Source: Limisphaerales bacterium (GTDB lineage: Bacteria > Verrucomicrobiota > Verrucomicrobiia > Limisphaerales > JAJOIW01). From it: a DNA stretch of 64,000 bases. The notes below the pieces were generated by a model that had not been told where the DNA came from, made no database searches, and saw nothing but the letters and a program-made list of their open reading frames with translations. The position numbers were made by a program, and so were the translations under genes. Location of the stretch: the NCBI GenBank assembly GCA_965657355.1, contig CBFHOE010000003.1:106220-170219 (forward strand), in the 5' to 3' direction. This document shows positions 28,097 to 38,971 of the stretch, piece after piece. Positions within the stretch are counted from its first letter, which is position 1, and the number at the start of each line of letters is the position of its first letter.

Positions 28097-29545
28097 ATGA
28101 TCGTTTTCTCGCGAGTTTTTTTGATTACAACAGTTTTGTTTTGGGCTGCCCTATCACCAGCTCAGAACCAACAATCAAAGCCCTACAATATAATCTTATT
28201 CTTGATTGATGATCTTGGTTGGTTTGACCTCGGTTGTCAGGGGAGTAGCTATTATAGAACTCTTCATATTGACCGCCTTGCATCAGAAGGTGCCAGATTT
28301 ACTGATGCTTATGCGGCATGTGCGGTTTGTTCCCCAACGCGTGCAGCTATTCTAACCGGTAAATATCCTGCTCGTTTGTTATTAACAGATTGGTTGCCAT
28401 CGGGTCGCTGGAATCCCAAAGCAAAATTGCGGGAGGGCAGGAGGGTGCGATCTTTACCTGTTGAAGAATATACTCTCGCGGAAGCACTGCGCGATTCAGG
28501 GTATCGAACGGCAAGTGTTGGGAAATGGCACCTTGGGAGTGCTCCCTTTAGTCTGCCACAACATCATGGATTTGATATTAACATTGCTGGTAACGGCCAT
28601 GGAGCCCCTGGAAATTACTTTTTCCCGTATAATGGAAACTGGTTAATACCGACGACCAATTTACGGGTTAAATGGAATACCCTCTCTGATGGTAAATCTG
28701 GCCAATACTTGACTGATAGACTGACCGATGAGGCCATAAATTTTCTAAACTCTTCCAAAGAGGAGCCATTCTTTCTTTATTTTTCACATTATGGAGTTCA
28801 TACCCCGCTCCAGGCAAAAAAGGAAATGATCGATTATTATGAGCAAGTGCCGAAGTCAAAACGACAGGGAAACCCAAAATATGCTGCTATGGTTGAAAGT
28901 ATCGACCAAAGTGTGGGACGCGTTTTAGAAACTTTAAAAAAAATTGGGCGGGAAAAGGAGACCATGATCATATTCACCTCAGATAATGGTGGCTTTTACA
29001 AAGCGACAAACAATGCGCCTCTGCGCGCAAACAAGGGCTCTTATTACGAAGGCGGCATACGTGTCCCGCTGATTATTAAATGGCCGGGGGTTACCAAGTC
29101 AGGCTCCATCATCCATGAACCCGTTATCAGCAATGATTTATATCCTACGTGCCTTTCCGCTGCTGGAGTTTCTTTGAATCCAAATCAGCATCGGGATGGA
29201 TTAAGCCTAAAAACTCTTCTGCAAGGAGGTCATCATTTAAATCGAGACGCCTTGTATTGGCATTTTCCCCATTACAACAGACATCCTTTCAGTTACCCCT
29301 CAGGTGTCATAAGAAGCGGTGCCTGGAAGCTGATTGAGACATTTGATCCCTCAGGCGTTGAGCTATTTAACCTTACTGAGGATTTAGGTGAGACCAAAAA
29401 TCTTGCGGACAAGCATCCTGATGTGACCCAATCCCTTCAGGCGCGGCTTCACCAATGGCAGAAAGAGGTTGGGGCACAGATGATGGAACTAAATCCGGAC
29501 TATGATCCCGGATCGGCATCATCCAAAAATCGAAATAAAAGATAA
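28097..29545 (+). CDS. Formylglycine-dependent sulfatase, exported
   Basis: IDDLG, CSPTRAAILTG (CxPxR), GKWHLG, SDNGG; signal peptide. Confidence 0.94.
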   Translation: MIVFSRVFLITTVLFWAALSPAQNQQSKPYNIILFLIDDLGWFDLGCQGSSYYRTLHIDRLASEGARFTDAYAACAVCSPTRAAILTGKYPARLLLTDWLPSGRWNPKAKLREGRRVRSLPVEEYTLAEALRDSGYRTASVGKWHLGSAPFSLPQHHGFDINIAGNGHGAPGNYFFPYNGNWLIPTTNLRVKWNTLSDGKSGQYLTDRLTDEAINFLNSSKEEPFFLYFSHYGVHTPLQAKKEMIDYYEQVPKSKRQGNPKYAAMVESIDQSVGRVLETLKKIGREKETMIIFTSDNGGFYKATNNAPLRANKGSYYEGGIRVPLIIKWPGVTKSGSIIHEPVISNDLYPTCLSAAGVSLNPNQHRDGLSLKTLLQGGHHLNRDALYWHFPHYNRHPFSYPSGVIRSGAWKLIETFDPSGVELFNLTEDLGETKNLADKHPDVTQSLQARLHQWQKEVGAQMMELNPDYDPGSASSKNRNKR

Positions 29546-29663
29546 TCTTTTTCGTTTCATAATCTAGCTGTGAGCATTCAATTTATTTGTTCACATTCGG
29601 GTCGGAGCTCCCTGATCCTAAATCAAGCTGGTATTCAGTAGTTAAATCTGTGATTTTTTCATA

Positions 29664-30479
29664 ATGAAATTTGCCATTTGTAATGAAATATTTGAAGGCT
29701 GGGACATGGAAAGGGCGATGTCATTTATCAAAGAAGTCGGATATGATGCCATAGAAATAGCCCCATTCACAGTCAACAAAGATGTACGCAATATTTCTCA
29801 GGAGGAGCGCCACAAAATAAAGAGCCTAGCAGAAAAAGTTGGTATAGAAATCTCCGGTATTCATTGGGTTTTAGTTAAAACTGAGGGCCTCCACCTTACT
29901 CACCCAGATAGTTCGATAAGAAAGAAAACCTCGGACTACTTTGTTGAATTAGTCAAACTCTGCAGCGATATAGGCGGTAAATATATTATCAATGGGTCAC
30001 CTAAACAGCGTGACGTATTAGACGGCGTCTCATACGAGCAGGCATGGAAGTGGGGGACTGAATCATTTAAAGCACCAGTTCAATTGGCTGAAGAACTGGG
30101 TATAACCATTTGTTTCGAACCCTTGGCTCCATCCGAAACTAATTTCATTAATACAGCTTCTGAGGCTGTTAGCTTTGCCAGCCAATTTCAATCTGAGGCT
30201 ATGAGCACTATTTTGGATGTAAAAGCCATGTCGAGTGAAAGCCTATCGATTCCGGAGATAATCCAAAATACTGGGAAAAAATTCTCATATTTTCATGCCA
30301 ACGACGCCAATTTGAAAGGCCCTGGGTTTGGTGACGTCGATTTTGTTCCCATAGCCAAAGCCCTAAGAGAGGTTGATTACGATGGCTTTGTTTCCGTCGA
30401 AGTATTTAAATTCGAGGAAGGACCTGAAGCCATAGCCACGCAGAGCTTTGAATACCTGAAAAAATCTTTTACACAATGA
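29664..30479 (+). CDS. Sugar phosphate isomerase/epimerase (xylose-isomerase-like TIM barrel)
   Basis: GYDAIEIAP, FEPL, HANDANLKGPGFG, SVEVF. Confidence 0.88.
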   Translation: MKFAICNEIFEGWDMERAMSFIKEVGYDAIEIAPFTVNKDVRNISQEERHKIKSLAEKVGIEISGIHWVLVKTEGLHLTHPDSSIRKKTSDYFVELVKLCSDIGGKYIINGSPKQRDVLDGVSYEQAWKWGTESFKAPVQLAEELGITICFEPLAPSETNFINTASEAVSFASQFQSEAMSTILDVKAMSSESLSIPEIIQNTGKKFSYFHANDANLKGPGFGDVDFVPIAKALREVDYDGFVSVEVFKFEEGPEAIATQSFEYLKKSFTQ

Positions 30480-30508
30480 TATGTAAATGCCCCAAACGGG
30501 CTGTTGCT

Positions 30509-31918
30509 TTACTTGACGGACAAATCGGCGGGAATGCCCAAATCTTTATAAGATTGAGCTCTAGATGATTTATCTCCCTCGAGAACTCCACTGGCATAGT
30601 CAGCAACTTTCAATGCAATTTTTCTCGGAACGACGACAACACCATCGCCATCTGCAATAACCACGTCACCTGGCCTGACCTGAACACCGCCGCAGACGAT
30701 AGGCATATTCACTGACTCCAACTGGTTTCTTCCGGGACGAATTCCTCTTCCTGGTTTTTTGTAATAGAGGGGAATTTTTTGGGCGGCGATTTCATCAGTA
30801 TCTCTGGCAGTATTGCTGGTAATAACCCCTGCGCATCCTTTTAGGGCCCATTTCATAATATTGTTTGATCCAATCGAGCCTGTATCTCTATTTCCCGCTT
30901 CTTCGATTACGAGCACTGATCCTTTTTTAAACAACGGAATAAATGGTTCCGGAGTTTGGTTTTTGTATGTCTCTTCAACCCAACTATCAAATTCTTGAGT
31001 GCCGTGGAAGTGGGGAATCCCTGCTTGAGAGGGTATATATTTTGCCGTTATCGCGATTCCTCGTAATTGGTGTTCGAACGTTTTCGTATCCTTCCACAGA
31101 GGGTGGATGTCCGAGTCCATGACCATGATATTACCTAATCCAAAACGGTCTAAAGCATCACTCACATCTGCAACTCTTAATTTGGAAAAGGCTTTTAGAA
31201 CTTCCTGGTCATCCTTTTCCGAATAAGATTCGGTTTCAATATAATGAAACCCATTGGCAAGATCTTTTACGGCAGGCTGGCCTAAGGTCGTCCATTTCAG
31301 ATTTTTGAATTTTGCCGAAGTTTGATATGTCGCGATCCCGAGCGGGAGAAATTCCTCAACTCCAAATCGAATGTCGATTTGCCTATCTTTGGTGTTGAGG
31401 TCAACGATTTTTCTATTATCCAAAAAAGCGACTATCTTATCTTGTGTCGCCCTCACCTTTATTTCATACCAACGATCATCTTCAAACTTCATATAATCGG
31501 TTGTTTCATTAGCCGATGCATCCTGTCCATTGATACTAGAAATTCCAACGACACCGCCTCCCCAGCCACCAAGGATCAATGAGCATGCGTCATCTTTATA
31601 TGGAAATGTCAGACCGCAAAAAAAATCACTGCCATCTATTTTCATGGCCATAAATTCTATTTGATAATCTATTCGACCAGGAAGATTGTCTTTCCATGCG
31701 ACACCAGAAAGTTGTTCCCCCATTAAGATTTCCAATTCATCATTATTGAATGTAACTGCGCCGCTGCCTGCATAATCAGCCTCTTTCCAACTGGTGACAG
31801 AGGATTCTTTTAGGTTTGGTAAGTTTTGGGCGTGCGATGTTATTGTGCAAAATGCGAGACAAATTCCAAAGCATTGATTTTTCCACACATTAATTTTTGA
31901 TGAAGTTCCCAGGATCAT
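30509..31918 (-). CDS. Fusion of DUF1080-like beta-sandwich and RraA/HMG-aldolase family domain
   Basis: N-terminal GSDFFCGLTFP..LGGWGGGVVGISS; C-terminal VADVSDALD, RDTDEI, CGGVQVRPGDVVIADGDGVVVVP; start 31918 chosen to avoid overlap with gcvT. Confidence 0.75.
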   Translation of the reverse strand: MILGTSSKINVWKNQCFGICLAFCTITSHAQNLPNLKESSVTSWKEADYAGSGAVTFNNDELEILMGEQLSGVAWKDNLPGRIDYQIEFMAMKIDGSDFFCGLTFPYKDDACSLILGGWGGGVVGISSINGQDASANETTDYMKFEDDRWYEIKVRATQDKIVAFLDNRKIVDLNTKDRQIDIRFGVEEFLPLGIATYQTSAKFKNLKWTTLGQPAVKDLANGFHYIETESYSEKDDQEVLKAFSKLRVADVSDALDRFGLGNIMVMDSDIHPLWKDTKTFEHQLRGIAITAKYIPSQAGIPHFHGTQEFDSWVEETYKNQTPEPFIPLFKKGSVLVIEEAGNRDTGSIGSNNIMKWALKGCAGVITSNTARDTDEIAAQKIPLYYKKPGRGIRPGRNQLESVNMPIVCGGVQVRPGDVVIADGDGVVVVPRKIALKVADYASGVLEGDKSSRAQSYKDLGIPADLSVK

Positions 31919-32034
31919 GATTCGATATTGAACTACCAAATATAATTTGGAAAGCCCGATAGGAAACAAATTAACCGGCGCATGCCACGACGAATCATTA
32001 AATTTGAATTGGAGGAAAATTCCTCCATTATGAA

Positions 32035-33150
32035 ATGATGCTAAAGAAAACTGAACTCTACGATAAACATAAAGCAAGTGGGGCACGACTAGTCGAGTTT
32101 GGTGGTTGGGAGATGCCCGTGCAATACTCTGGTATCCAAAAAGAACATTTGAATGTGAGGTCTCAAGCCGGTCTTTTTGATATTTCCCATATGGGTCAGG
32201 TTCTCTGCCATGGAAAACAATCTGAGGCTTTTTTAAATTATTGCTTTACTAATAACGTCACTAAATTAAGCCCCGGGGAAGGGCAATATACCCTGCTTTG
32301 CCATTCAGAGCGAGATGGGGGAACGGTCGATGACCTTTACCTTTTTAAACTATCAGCAGATTCTTTTCTCATCATTTTTAATGCCTCTCGATTTGAAACA
32401 GATCTGGAATTTTTACATAGATATCTTTCTGTGGCTGATTTTGATGAAAAACAAGTCACCATAAAAAATTTGTCGCTCGAGCATTCAGCCCTGGCATTGC
32501 AGGGCCCCAAATCAGAAGGCATCGTTGATAAAGTGTTTGGATCCAAGCCTTCTAGCCTCGAAAAGAATCAGATTATCGCACTAGAATACTCTGAGAGTGA
32601 AATAAAAATTTCTCGCACTGGTTACACCGGCGAAGATGGGTTTGAAATTATGGGCTCACATCAAATCATTCTAAGTATTTGGGATGCTTTGCTAGAAAAT
32701 GGCCAAGAATTTGGATTATGTCCTGTTGGTTTGGGAGCCAGGGACTCCCTACGACTAGAAGCTGGGTTTCCATTATACGGGCATGAGCTAAATATGAGCA
32801 TTCTTCCAGTTGAAGCTGGCCTCATGTGGGCAGTGGACACACAGAAAAACGATTTCGCTGGAAAATCAAAAATTCTTCAAAAAATGGACCAGAACCAACT
32901 CAACAGATTGATAGGTCTTGAAATGGTTGATAAAGCTCCTCCTCCTAGGCAAGGATACCCTGTTTGGAATGCCGAAAATGAAAAATCTCCGGTAGGAACT
33001 ATTACGAGTGGAGGCCTGAGTCCTTCCCTGAAAAATGGTATTGCTCTCGCATACGTTCCCAAAGAACTCTCCAAAAAGCATAGATCTTGGTGGATTGAGA
33101 TCAGGGGCAAAAAGTATCTCGCTCGACAGCATAAAAAATCATTTATCTAA
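32035..33150 (+). CDS. gcvT: Glycine cleavage system aminomethyltransferase T
   Basis: FGGWEMPVQY, FDISHMG, RTGYTGEDGFE, GLGARDSLRLEAG. Confidence 0.96.
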   Translation: MMLKKTELYDKHKASGARLVEFGGWEMPVQYSGIQKEHLNVRSQAGLFDISHMGQVLCHGKQSEAFLNYCFTNNVTKLSPGEGQYTLLCHSERDGGTVDDLYLFKLSADSFLIIFNASRFETDLEFLHRYLSVADFDEKQVTIKNLSLEHSALALQGPKSEGIVDKVFGSKPSSLEKNQIIALEYSESEIKISRTGYTGEDGFEIMGSHQIILSIWDALLENGQEFGLCPVGLGARDSLRLEAGFPLYGHELNMSILPVEAGLMWAVDTQKNDFAGKSKILQKMDQNQLNRLIGLEMVDKAPPPRQGYPVWNAENEKSPVGTITSGGLSPSLKNGIALAYVPKELSKKHRSWWIEIRGKKYLARQHKKSFI

Positions 33151-33199
33151 TTGTCTTTGGTTTGACCTATCGGGTAAAGGGTGAATATTCTTTGGTGAG

Positions 33200-33586
33200 A
33201 TGAGTTCGATTCCTGAAAACTTAAGCTATGCTCCTTCCCACGAGTGGTTACTGATTGATGGCTCAACCGGAACAGTTGGCATTTCTGATCATGCTCAAGA
33301 AGAACTGACAGATATTGTTTTTGTCGAGTTGCCCGAGGTCGGCAAGGTCATCGAGGCGGGCGAGTCGTGTGCAGTTGTCGAGTCAGTGAAAACAGCTAGC
33401 GATATCTATTCTCCTATTCAAGGGGAAATCATTGAAGTTAACGAAGCATTAGAAAGTGACCCAGGGCTTGTCAATTCATCGCCGTACGAGAACGGATGGT
33501 TCTTTAAGCTAAAAATCTCTGATCAATCCAAAAAAGTAGAACTTTTAGATCCGCCTGCTTACAAAGACCAGATTGGGGAGTCTTGA
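33200..33586 (+). CDS. gcvH: Glycine cleavage system H protein
   Basis: [16 protein letters not shown] (lipoyl-Lys), [10 protein letters not shown]. Confidence 0.96.
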   Translation: MSSIPENLSYAPSHEWLLIDGSTGTVGISDHAQEELTDIVFVELPEVGKVIEAGESCAVVESVKTASDIYSPIQGEIIEVNEALESDPGLVNSSPYENGWFFKLKISDQSKKVELLDPPAYKDQIGES

Positions 33587-34034
33587 TCCTCTTTAGCCCA
33601 AAAACAAAAAAATTTATTTATTTTTTTTGGGTTCATCTTCGGGGTTTTTAAAAAAGGATCAAGCAGGACTCAAACGAGTCTCCCCAAAAGGCTTACAAAA
33701 ATCGTTTCGTCTTGAAATCCTGGTCTATTCCGAAAACCTGCCACAATTAACAACAGATTTGTCCTGTATGAAGACACTAATTCGTTGATTGCTCTGCATA
33801 CTGTTGCGTTGGAACGTGTTATCTCCACTTCTGTTTTTTAATCAATATCGTAAGTGAATATGGGGAATTTTTCATAATTCGTTCGCTATTATGCCTCTAA
33901 GTCCGCCGGTGTCTCAATTATTCGTGTAAGGTTGATGGAAAAATTAGCCGATATCTCATGATATGTCAGATGACATTGTTGGTCACGTTTTCCAACCGTG
34001 TTGTCCGCTGATTAACCAAAACCAATTTCAAATT

Positions 34035-34337
34035 ATGACCAAAAGAGACTTAGTAATTAGAATCAGTAACGAGACTGGCCTAATTCAACAGGACGTCCTA
34101 AAAGTAATCCAAAAAACCCTTGATTATATTAGTGATGCTGTGAAAAAAGGCCACAAAGTCGAGTTGAGGAATTTTGGTGTGTTCGAAGTAAAAGTGCGAA
34201 AGGCCAGAATAGGACGCAATCCGAACTCGCCTCAAGCCGACGTTCGCATCCCACCTCGCTCTGTCGTAAAATTCAAACCCGGCAAAGAAATGCGTGAAGC
34301 AGTCATGCAAATCGAGCCTGAAAAAGCTAATAACTAA
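34035..34337 (+). CDS. HU/IHF family DNA-binding protein
   Basis: MTKRDLV, VELRNFGVF, GRNP, KFKPGK; true start ATG 34035. Confidence 0.93.
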   Translation: MTKRDLVIRISNETGLIQQDVLKVIQKTLDYISDAVKKGHKVELRNFGVFEVKVRKARIGRNPNSPQADVRIPPRSVVKFKPGKEMREAVMQIEPEKANN

Positions 34338-34372
34338 TTCTGGCGTAAGAAAATCATATTTCCGACTTTCAT

Positions 34373-34410
34373 GAGACGTTCTCTATTTACGGGGAGCGTT
34401 TCTTTTTTTT
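34373..34410 (+). terminator. Probable Rho-independent terminator after HU gene
   Basis: GAGACGTTCTC/GGGAGCGTTTC stem with G-U pairs followed by T8. Confidence 0.65.
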
Positions 34411-34421
34411 ATGGTTAGACT

Positions 34422-35663
34422 GTGAAGACACTTTCAGGATTTAGAGACTTTTATCCGGAGCCCCTTCCGTCAAAGGACTCATGGAGTATGGCTGTTCGAC
34501 AATGGATTTTCCAGAAATGGCGGACTGTCGCTCAGAGTTATGGTTTTCAAGAATACGATGGACCACCTCTAGAGCCCTTAGATTTGTTTACCCAAAAGAG
34601 TGGGGACGAGATTGTTGCCCAGTTATACAATTTTACTGACAAAGGGGACCGTGAAGTCGCTTTGAGGCCTGAAATGACACCGACTTTTGCTCGGATGGTC
34701 TGTGCCGCAGAGTCTCAATATAAAAAGCCCTTAAAATGGTATTCAATTCCTCAACTCTTCAGATACGAGAGGCAACAGAAGGGGCGCTTAAGGGAGCATT
34801 TTCAACTCAACGCCGATGTAGTTGGCGAATCTGATCCAGGAGCTGATGCTGAGCTGATTGCTCTTCTGATAGATTGTTTAAAATCAATAGGACTAACCCA
34901 GGACGACTTTGTTATTAGATTATCTAGCAGGACTGCCTGGCAGGAATTTTATACTTCAAAAGGTGGTAATCCCGAGGACGAATACCGTTTTTACCAAGCT
35001 ATTGATAAAATGGAACGTGAAAAAAATGAAGTCACTGAGCAAAACTTGCAAGCTTGTGGGATCGACATCAATGACGTCACTGATTTTATAGAAAGAGCCG
35101 AGCCCATTGGAGAGCTTGTTCAAGTTGTTCAACAGATGGATGATCGAGGATTGGGAGATTTTATCAAAATTGATTATCACATCATTCGAGGCTTGGCTTA
35201 TTATACAGGTGTCGTTTTTGAAGCTTTTGATCGTTCGACCAAATTTCGAGCTATTGCTGGCGGTGGAAGATATGACAAGCTCGTTAGCCTCGTATCTGGC
35301 GGAAAAGTGGACATGCCCGCTCTTGGATTTGGTATGGGTGATGTTGTCATCACAGAACTTCTGAAGCACTTGGGAAGGTTGCCCTCCGATTTACTAGTCC
35401 CTGATATATACTTTGCCATCGATGATGAAAAGCTAAGGTCTCGATCACTGGCTTACATTCAATGGTTCAGAGAAAGGGGTATAAGGACGCTCTTTCCTTT
35501 ATCAGGTATGAAAGCTGATAAACAATTCAAATCTGCAAGAGATATGAAGGCTCGGTTTATTGTTAATATAGATCCTCAAAATCCATCGGTTCTTACAGCA
35601 AAGAATCTCGAAACCAAAGAAAAGATAGTCGGGGATAGGGAATCTATCCTTGGCATTCTTTGA
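34422..35663 (+). CDS. hisS: Histidine-tRNA ligase
   Basis: LRPEMT, FRYERQQKGRLREHFQ, RGLAYYTG, GGGRYD. Confidence 0.95.
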   Translation: MKTLSGFRDFYPEPLPSKDSWSMAVRQWIFQKWRTVAQSYGFQEYDGPPLEPLDLFTQKSGDEIVAQLYNFTDKGDREVALRPEMTPTFARMVCAAESQYKKPLKWYSIPQLFRYERQQKGRLREHFQLNADVVGESDPGADAELIALLIDCLKSIGLTQDDFVIRLSSRTAWQEFYTSKGGNPEDEYRFYQAIDKMEREKNEVTEQNLQACGIDINDVTDFIERAEPIGELVQVVQQMDDRGLGDFIKIDYHIIRGLAYYTGVVFEAFDRSTKFRAIAGGGRYDKLVSLVSGGKVDMPALGFGMGDVVITELLKHLGRLPSDLLVPDIYFAIDDEKLRSRSLAYIQWFRERGIRTLFPLSGMKADKQFKSARDMKARFIVNIDPQNPSVLTAKNLETKEKIVGDRESILGIL

Positions 35664-35736
35664 TCTAATAATATTTTTTAATGCGATTTTGAAATAATTG
35701 TTTTCAAATTATTGATAAGCATAGATAAGAAGAGTT

Positions 35737-37260
35737 ATGGCAAGTGTGGTAATAGGTATTGATAGTGGAACTCAATCGACAAAAGCTTTGGTTGTTGATG
35801 CAAAGACAGGAAATGTTTTAGGGGAATCATCAGAGGCATATGGACTGATTGAAGGATTGCCATCCGGAGCTAAAGAGCAACACCCATCGGTCTGGGTTGA
35901 GGCGCTTAAGAACTCCGCCAAAAAAGCACTTAAAAAATCAAAATGTAAACCATCAGATGTGGTGGGAATCGGAGTGAGTGGACAACAACATGGTTTTGTT
36001 CCCCTTGACAAGAATGGTGCTGTCATTAGGCCTGCTAAATTATGGTGCGATACCTCAACGGTAGAAGAATGTGAAATTCTAACCGACGCCATCGGTGGCA
36101 AAGCTAAAGCAATCAGAGAAACCGGTAATGCATTTGTTCCTGGTTTCACTGCCCCCAAAATTTTATGGCTGAAAAGACACGAGCCAAAAAACTTTAAAAA
36201 ACTAGCTTCTGTCCTTTTACCTCATGATTATCTTAATTTCTGGCTCACCGGGGAAAAGGTGATGGAATTCGGCGATGCAAGTGGGACTGCTTTTTTTGAC
36301 GTCAGAAAAAGAAAATTTAGTGAAAAAGTAATGGGGCTTATTGACAGCAAATTATCCTCAAAGATTCCAAATTTAATATCCTCTGACCAACCCGCGGGAT
36401 TTCTTCAACAATCAGCAGCTGAAGCATTGGGCTTAAATAAAGGTGTCATCGTAAGCGCTGGTGGAGGCGATAACATGATGGGGGCAATCGGGACGGGGAA
36501 TACAAGCCCGGGAGTCGTCACTGCGAGCTTTGGAACAAGTGGCACGATATACGCCTGCAGCGGAAAACCCGTGGTTGACCCTCAAGGTGAAATAGCGGCT
36601 TTTTGTGATTCAACTAACCATTGGCTTCCGCTCCTCTGTACGATGAATGTGACAGTCGCCACTGAAATGGTCAGGAAAAGAAATAACTGGGACCACTCCC
36701 AATTGGAGAAAAAAGTTAAAAAAGTGCCCGTCGGATGTGATGGCTTAGTGCTCGTCCCATATTTAGACGGGGAAAGAACACCCAATGTTCCTGATGGCAC
36801 TGGAGTTCTTTTTGGGGTGAATGGCAAAACTTTCAACCCAGCTTATGAGGCCCGCGCCGCCATGGAAGGGGTCACACTCGGTATGAATTATGGTCTCAAC
36901 CGGTTGCGAAAGCTCAAGCTGACCCCAACCCAAATCAGAGCCACTGGAGGCGGAGCTAAATCCAGAACCTGGCTTCAAATGATGGCAGATGTCTTCAATA
37001 CGGAAGTTGTCACTTTAAAAATTAGCGAAGGGGCTGCCTACGGGGCTGCTCTGCAGGCCCTCTGGGTATGGAAAAATCAGTCCGGAAATCACGTAAGCAT
37101 AAGTGAAATCACGAATAAATTTGTGAAAGTCAACAACCGAGAGCGTTTTCAACCGAGAGAAGAGCAGGCCGGTATTTATCAAGATCTTCAAAAACTGCAG
37201 GACGGACTTTCAAAATCATTAAGAAAAGATTTTACTAAGCATAGAAACCTCGCCAGCTAA
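35737..37260 (+). CDS. xylB: Xylulokinase (FGGY kinase)
   Basis: GIDSGTQSTK, SGQQHG, LWCD, GGGDN, GERTP. Confidence 0.9.
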   Translation: MASVVIGIDSGTQSTKALVVDAKTGNVLGESSEAYGLIEGLPSGAKEQHPSVWVEALKNSAKKALKKSKCKPSDVVGIGVSGQQHGFVPLDKNGAVIRPAKLWCDTSTVEECEILTDAIGGKAKAIRETGNAFVPGFTAPKILWLKRHEPKNFKKLASVLLPHDYLNFWLTGEKVMEFGDASGTAFFDVRKRKFSEKVMGLIDSKLSSKIPNLISSDQPAGFLQQSAAEALGLNKGVIVSAGGGDNMMGAIGTGNTSPGVVTASFGTSGTIYACSGKPVVDPQGEIAAFCDSTNHWLPLLCTMNVTVATEMVRKRNNWDHSQLEKKVKKVPVGCDGLVLVPYLDGERTPNVPDGTGVLFGVNGKTFNPAYEARAAMEGVTLGMNYGLNRLRKLKLTPTQIRATGGGAKSRTWLQMMADVFNTEVVTLKISEGAAYGAALQALWVWKNQSGNHVSISEITNKFVKVNNRERFQPREEQAGIYQDLQKLQDGLSKSLRKDFTKHRNLAS

Positions 37261-37269
37261 TAAATTGCT

Positions 37270-37653
37270 TTAAGAATTTGTTGCTACGAATTCCATCTCA
37301 AATTTTGCCCCCAATGGTAATTTTGAAACTTCTATGGTGGACCGGGCTGGAAATTCGGAGGTGATGTATTCTCCATAAATAGCATTAATTTTAGCAAAAT
37401 CACCCAAGTCTGTTAGGAAAAGTGTACATTTAATGAGGTTCTTGTAATCAAGACCTGCTGATTTCAATAGTGCTCCCACGTTTTTAAAGACTTGGTGTGC
37501 CTGGGATTCAATATCTTCCGAAATCAGTTTTCCACTTTGTGGCTCCAGCGGAATCTGTCCTGATGAGAAATAAAGGTCGCCAGTTTTAACTAAATGATTA
37601 TATGGGCCTACTGGTTCGGGGGCATCATTAACTTTGATAATTGATTTATTCAT
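37270..37653 (-). CDS. RidA/YjgF family enamine-imine deaminase
   Basis: APEPVGPY, SGQIP, PARSTIEVSKLP; ATG 37653. Confidence 0.92.
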   Translation of the reverse strand: MNKSIIKVNDAPEPVGPYNHLVKTGDLYFSSGQIPLEPQSGKLISEDIESQAHQVFKNVGALLKSAGLDYKNLIKCTLFLTDLGDFAKINAIYGEYITSEFPARSTIEVSKLPLGAKFEMEFVATNS

Positions 37654-37751
37654 ATGTCCCTGTTGTATTAACCTGTTTGGCAAATTTGTAAAATCACTTT
37701 TATTTTATTGTCAAAATCCATGATCAGGACTTAGTTTGTTGCGTTATTGAC

Positions 37752-38955
37752 ATGAGGAGTGGGAAATTTTCATGGTTATTGGTCTTCTGCCTTGCTGTTG
37801 GAATTGGCAATTCTGGCCTAGCGCAGGAATTTGACTCAGATAGGTGGCTGGTGTACGAAGTCGGTCCGGCTGTCATACTCCCCAATCTTGGGGTGAGTTC
37901 ATTATACGATACTGATGTTCTTCTCGGCACCACTCCAAGTGAGCAATCCGATTTTATCATAGCGACTCGTCCTGAGCTCAAAATGCAATTAGGGGCAGAG
38001 GACATGGATTATCTTACTGTTCAATATGCCCCGAATTATCTTAAATATTTCGATACAGATTTCTTGACGAGAATAGACCACTATTTTGGCCTCAACCTCA
38101 ATATAGAGCGACCAAAAACAACCATCACGGGTGCTTCGACTGGTAGTAAACTTGGAGGATTTATTGGTCAATTCCAGAACTTCGCCACTGCACCAACTGA
38201 CCGTATAATCCACAGGCATAATTATAGGATTCTTCAAAACATTTCTGGTAAGACTTCAGGTTCTTTGGCTTTTAGCTATGCCGTTCAAGACTACGAAGAA
38301 GGGTCTCCCTTGCTTGATATTAATGATTGGAGAGTGACCACTGGAGCCGTTTACGATTACACGGAGAAAATGGATCTGCTTGCTGAAGTTTTCTACGGGC
38401 AATCCACTGCAGATTCCAATCTTCCAGGTAGGGAACGCTGGCCCGCCTGCATCAAGAATTGGATTTTTTCTGGGCTCTGAAGCTGAATTTACGCCAAAAC
38501 TTACCGGCGATGTGAGGCTTGGTTTTCAAGACATATCCTTTGATAACTCAACAGTAACCGATTCGGTAATCTCAATTCAGTCCAGCCTCCAATATCAATT
38601 GTCTGCGATGTCACAAATTGGATTAACTCTAAACAGAGGTGCGCAACAGAATATCCAACAAATTGCAACAATAATGCAATTTACCGACATCGGATTGAAT
38701 TATGTGCGCATGCTTGATGTCGCAGGGAGGTGGCGTTTCGACTCCTCTGCAAGATACAGATTCACCACATTTGATGGGGCTACTTTTGCTTCAAGAGAAG
38801 ATAATTACTTTACAATTGCAGCGGGCATAAACTACATTGCCAAAGATTGGTTTAGGGCGGGATTATCATATAGTTACACAGATTTGTCGACTAGCTTCGG
38901 TGGTTTGGACTACGGAGTTCACAGGGTCGGGTTAGATTTCGTCATAGGTTATTGA
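37752..38955 (+). pseudogene. Outer-membrane beta-barrel protein of a polysaccharide export locus, split by a 1-nt frameshift near 38430 (possibly a sequencing error)
   Basis: ORFs 37752..38480 and 38380..38955 join into about 400 aa with signal peptide, amphipathic beta-strands and terminal LDFVIGY. Confidence 0.75.
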
Positions 38956-38971
38956 TTTCTGTCTTCTCATA

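Noticed and set aside
31919..32086. 5' extension of the 525-aa ORF, and a possible glycine riboswitch before gcvT
   Set aside because: Extension overlaps gcvT head-to-head; the ~115-bp gap shows no glycine aptamer motifs
33587..34034. 450-bp gap after gcvH as gcvP remnant or ncRNA
   Set aside because: No GcvP-like translation or recognisable RNA motif; only a weak A/T hairpin near 33597-33632. Unlinked gcvP is common
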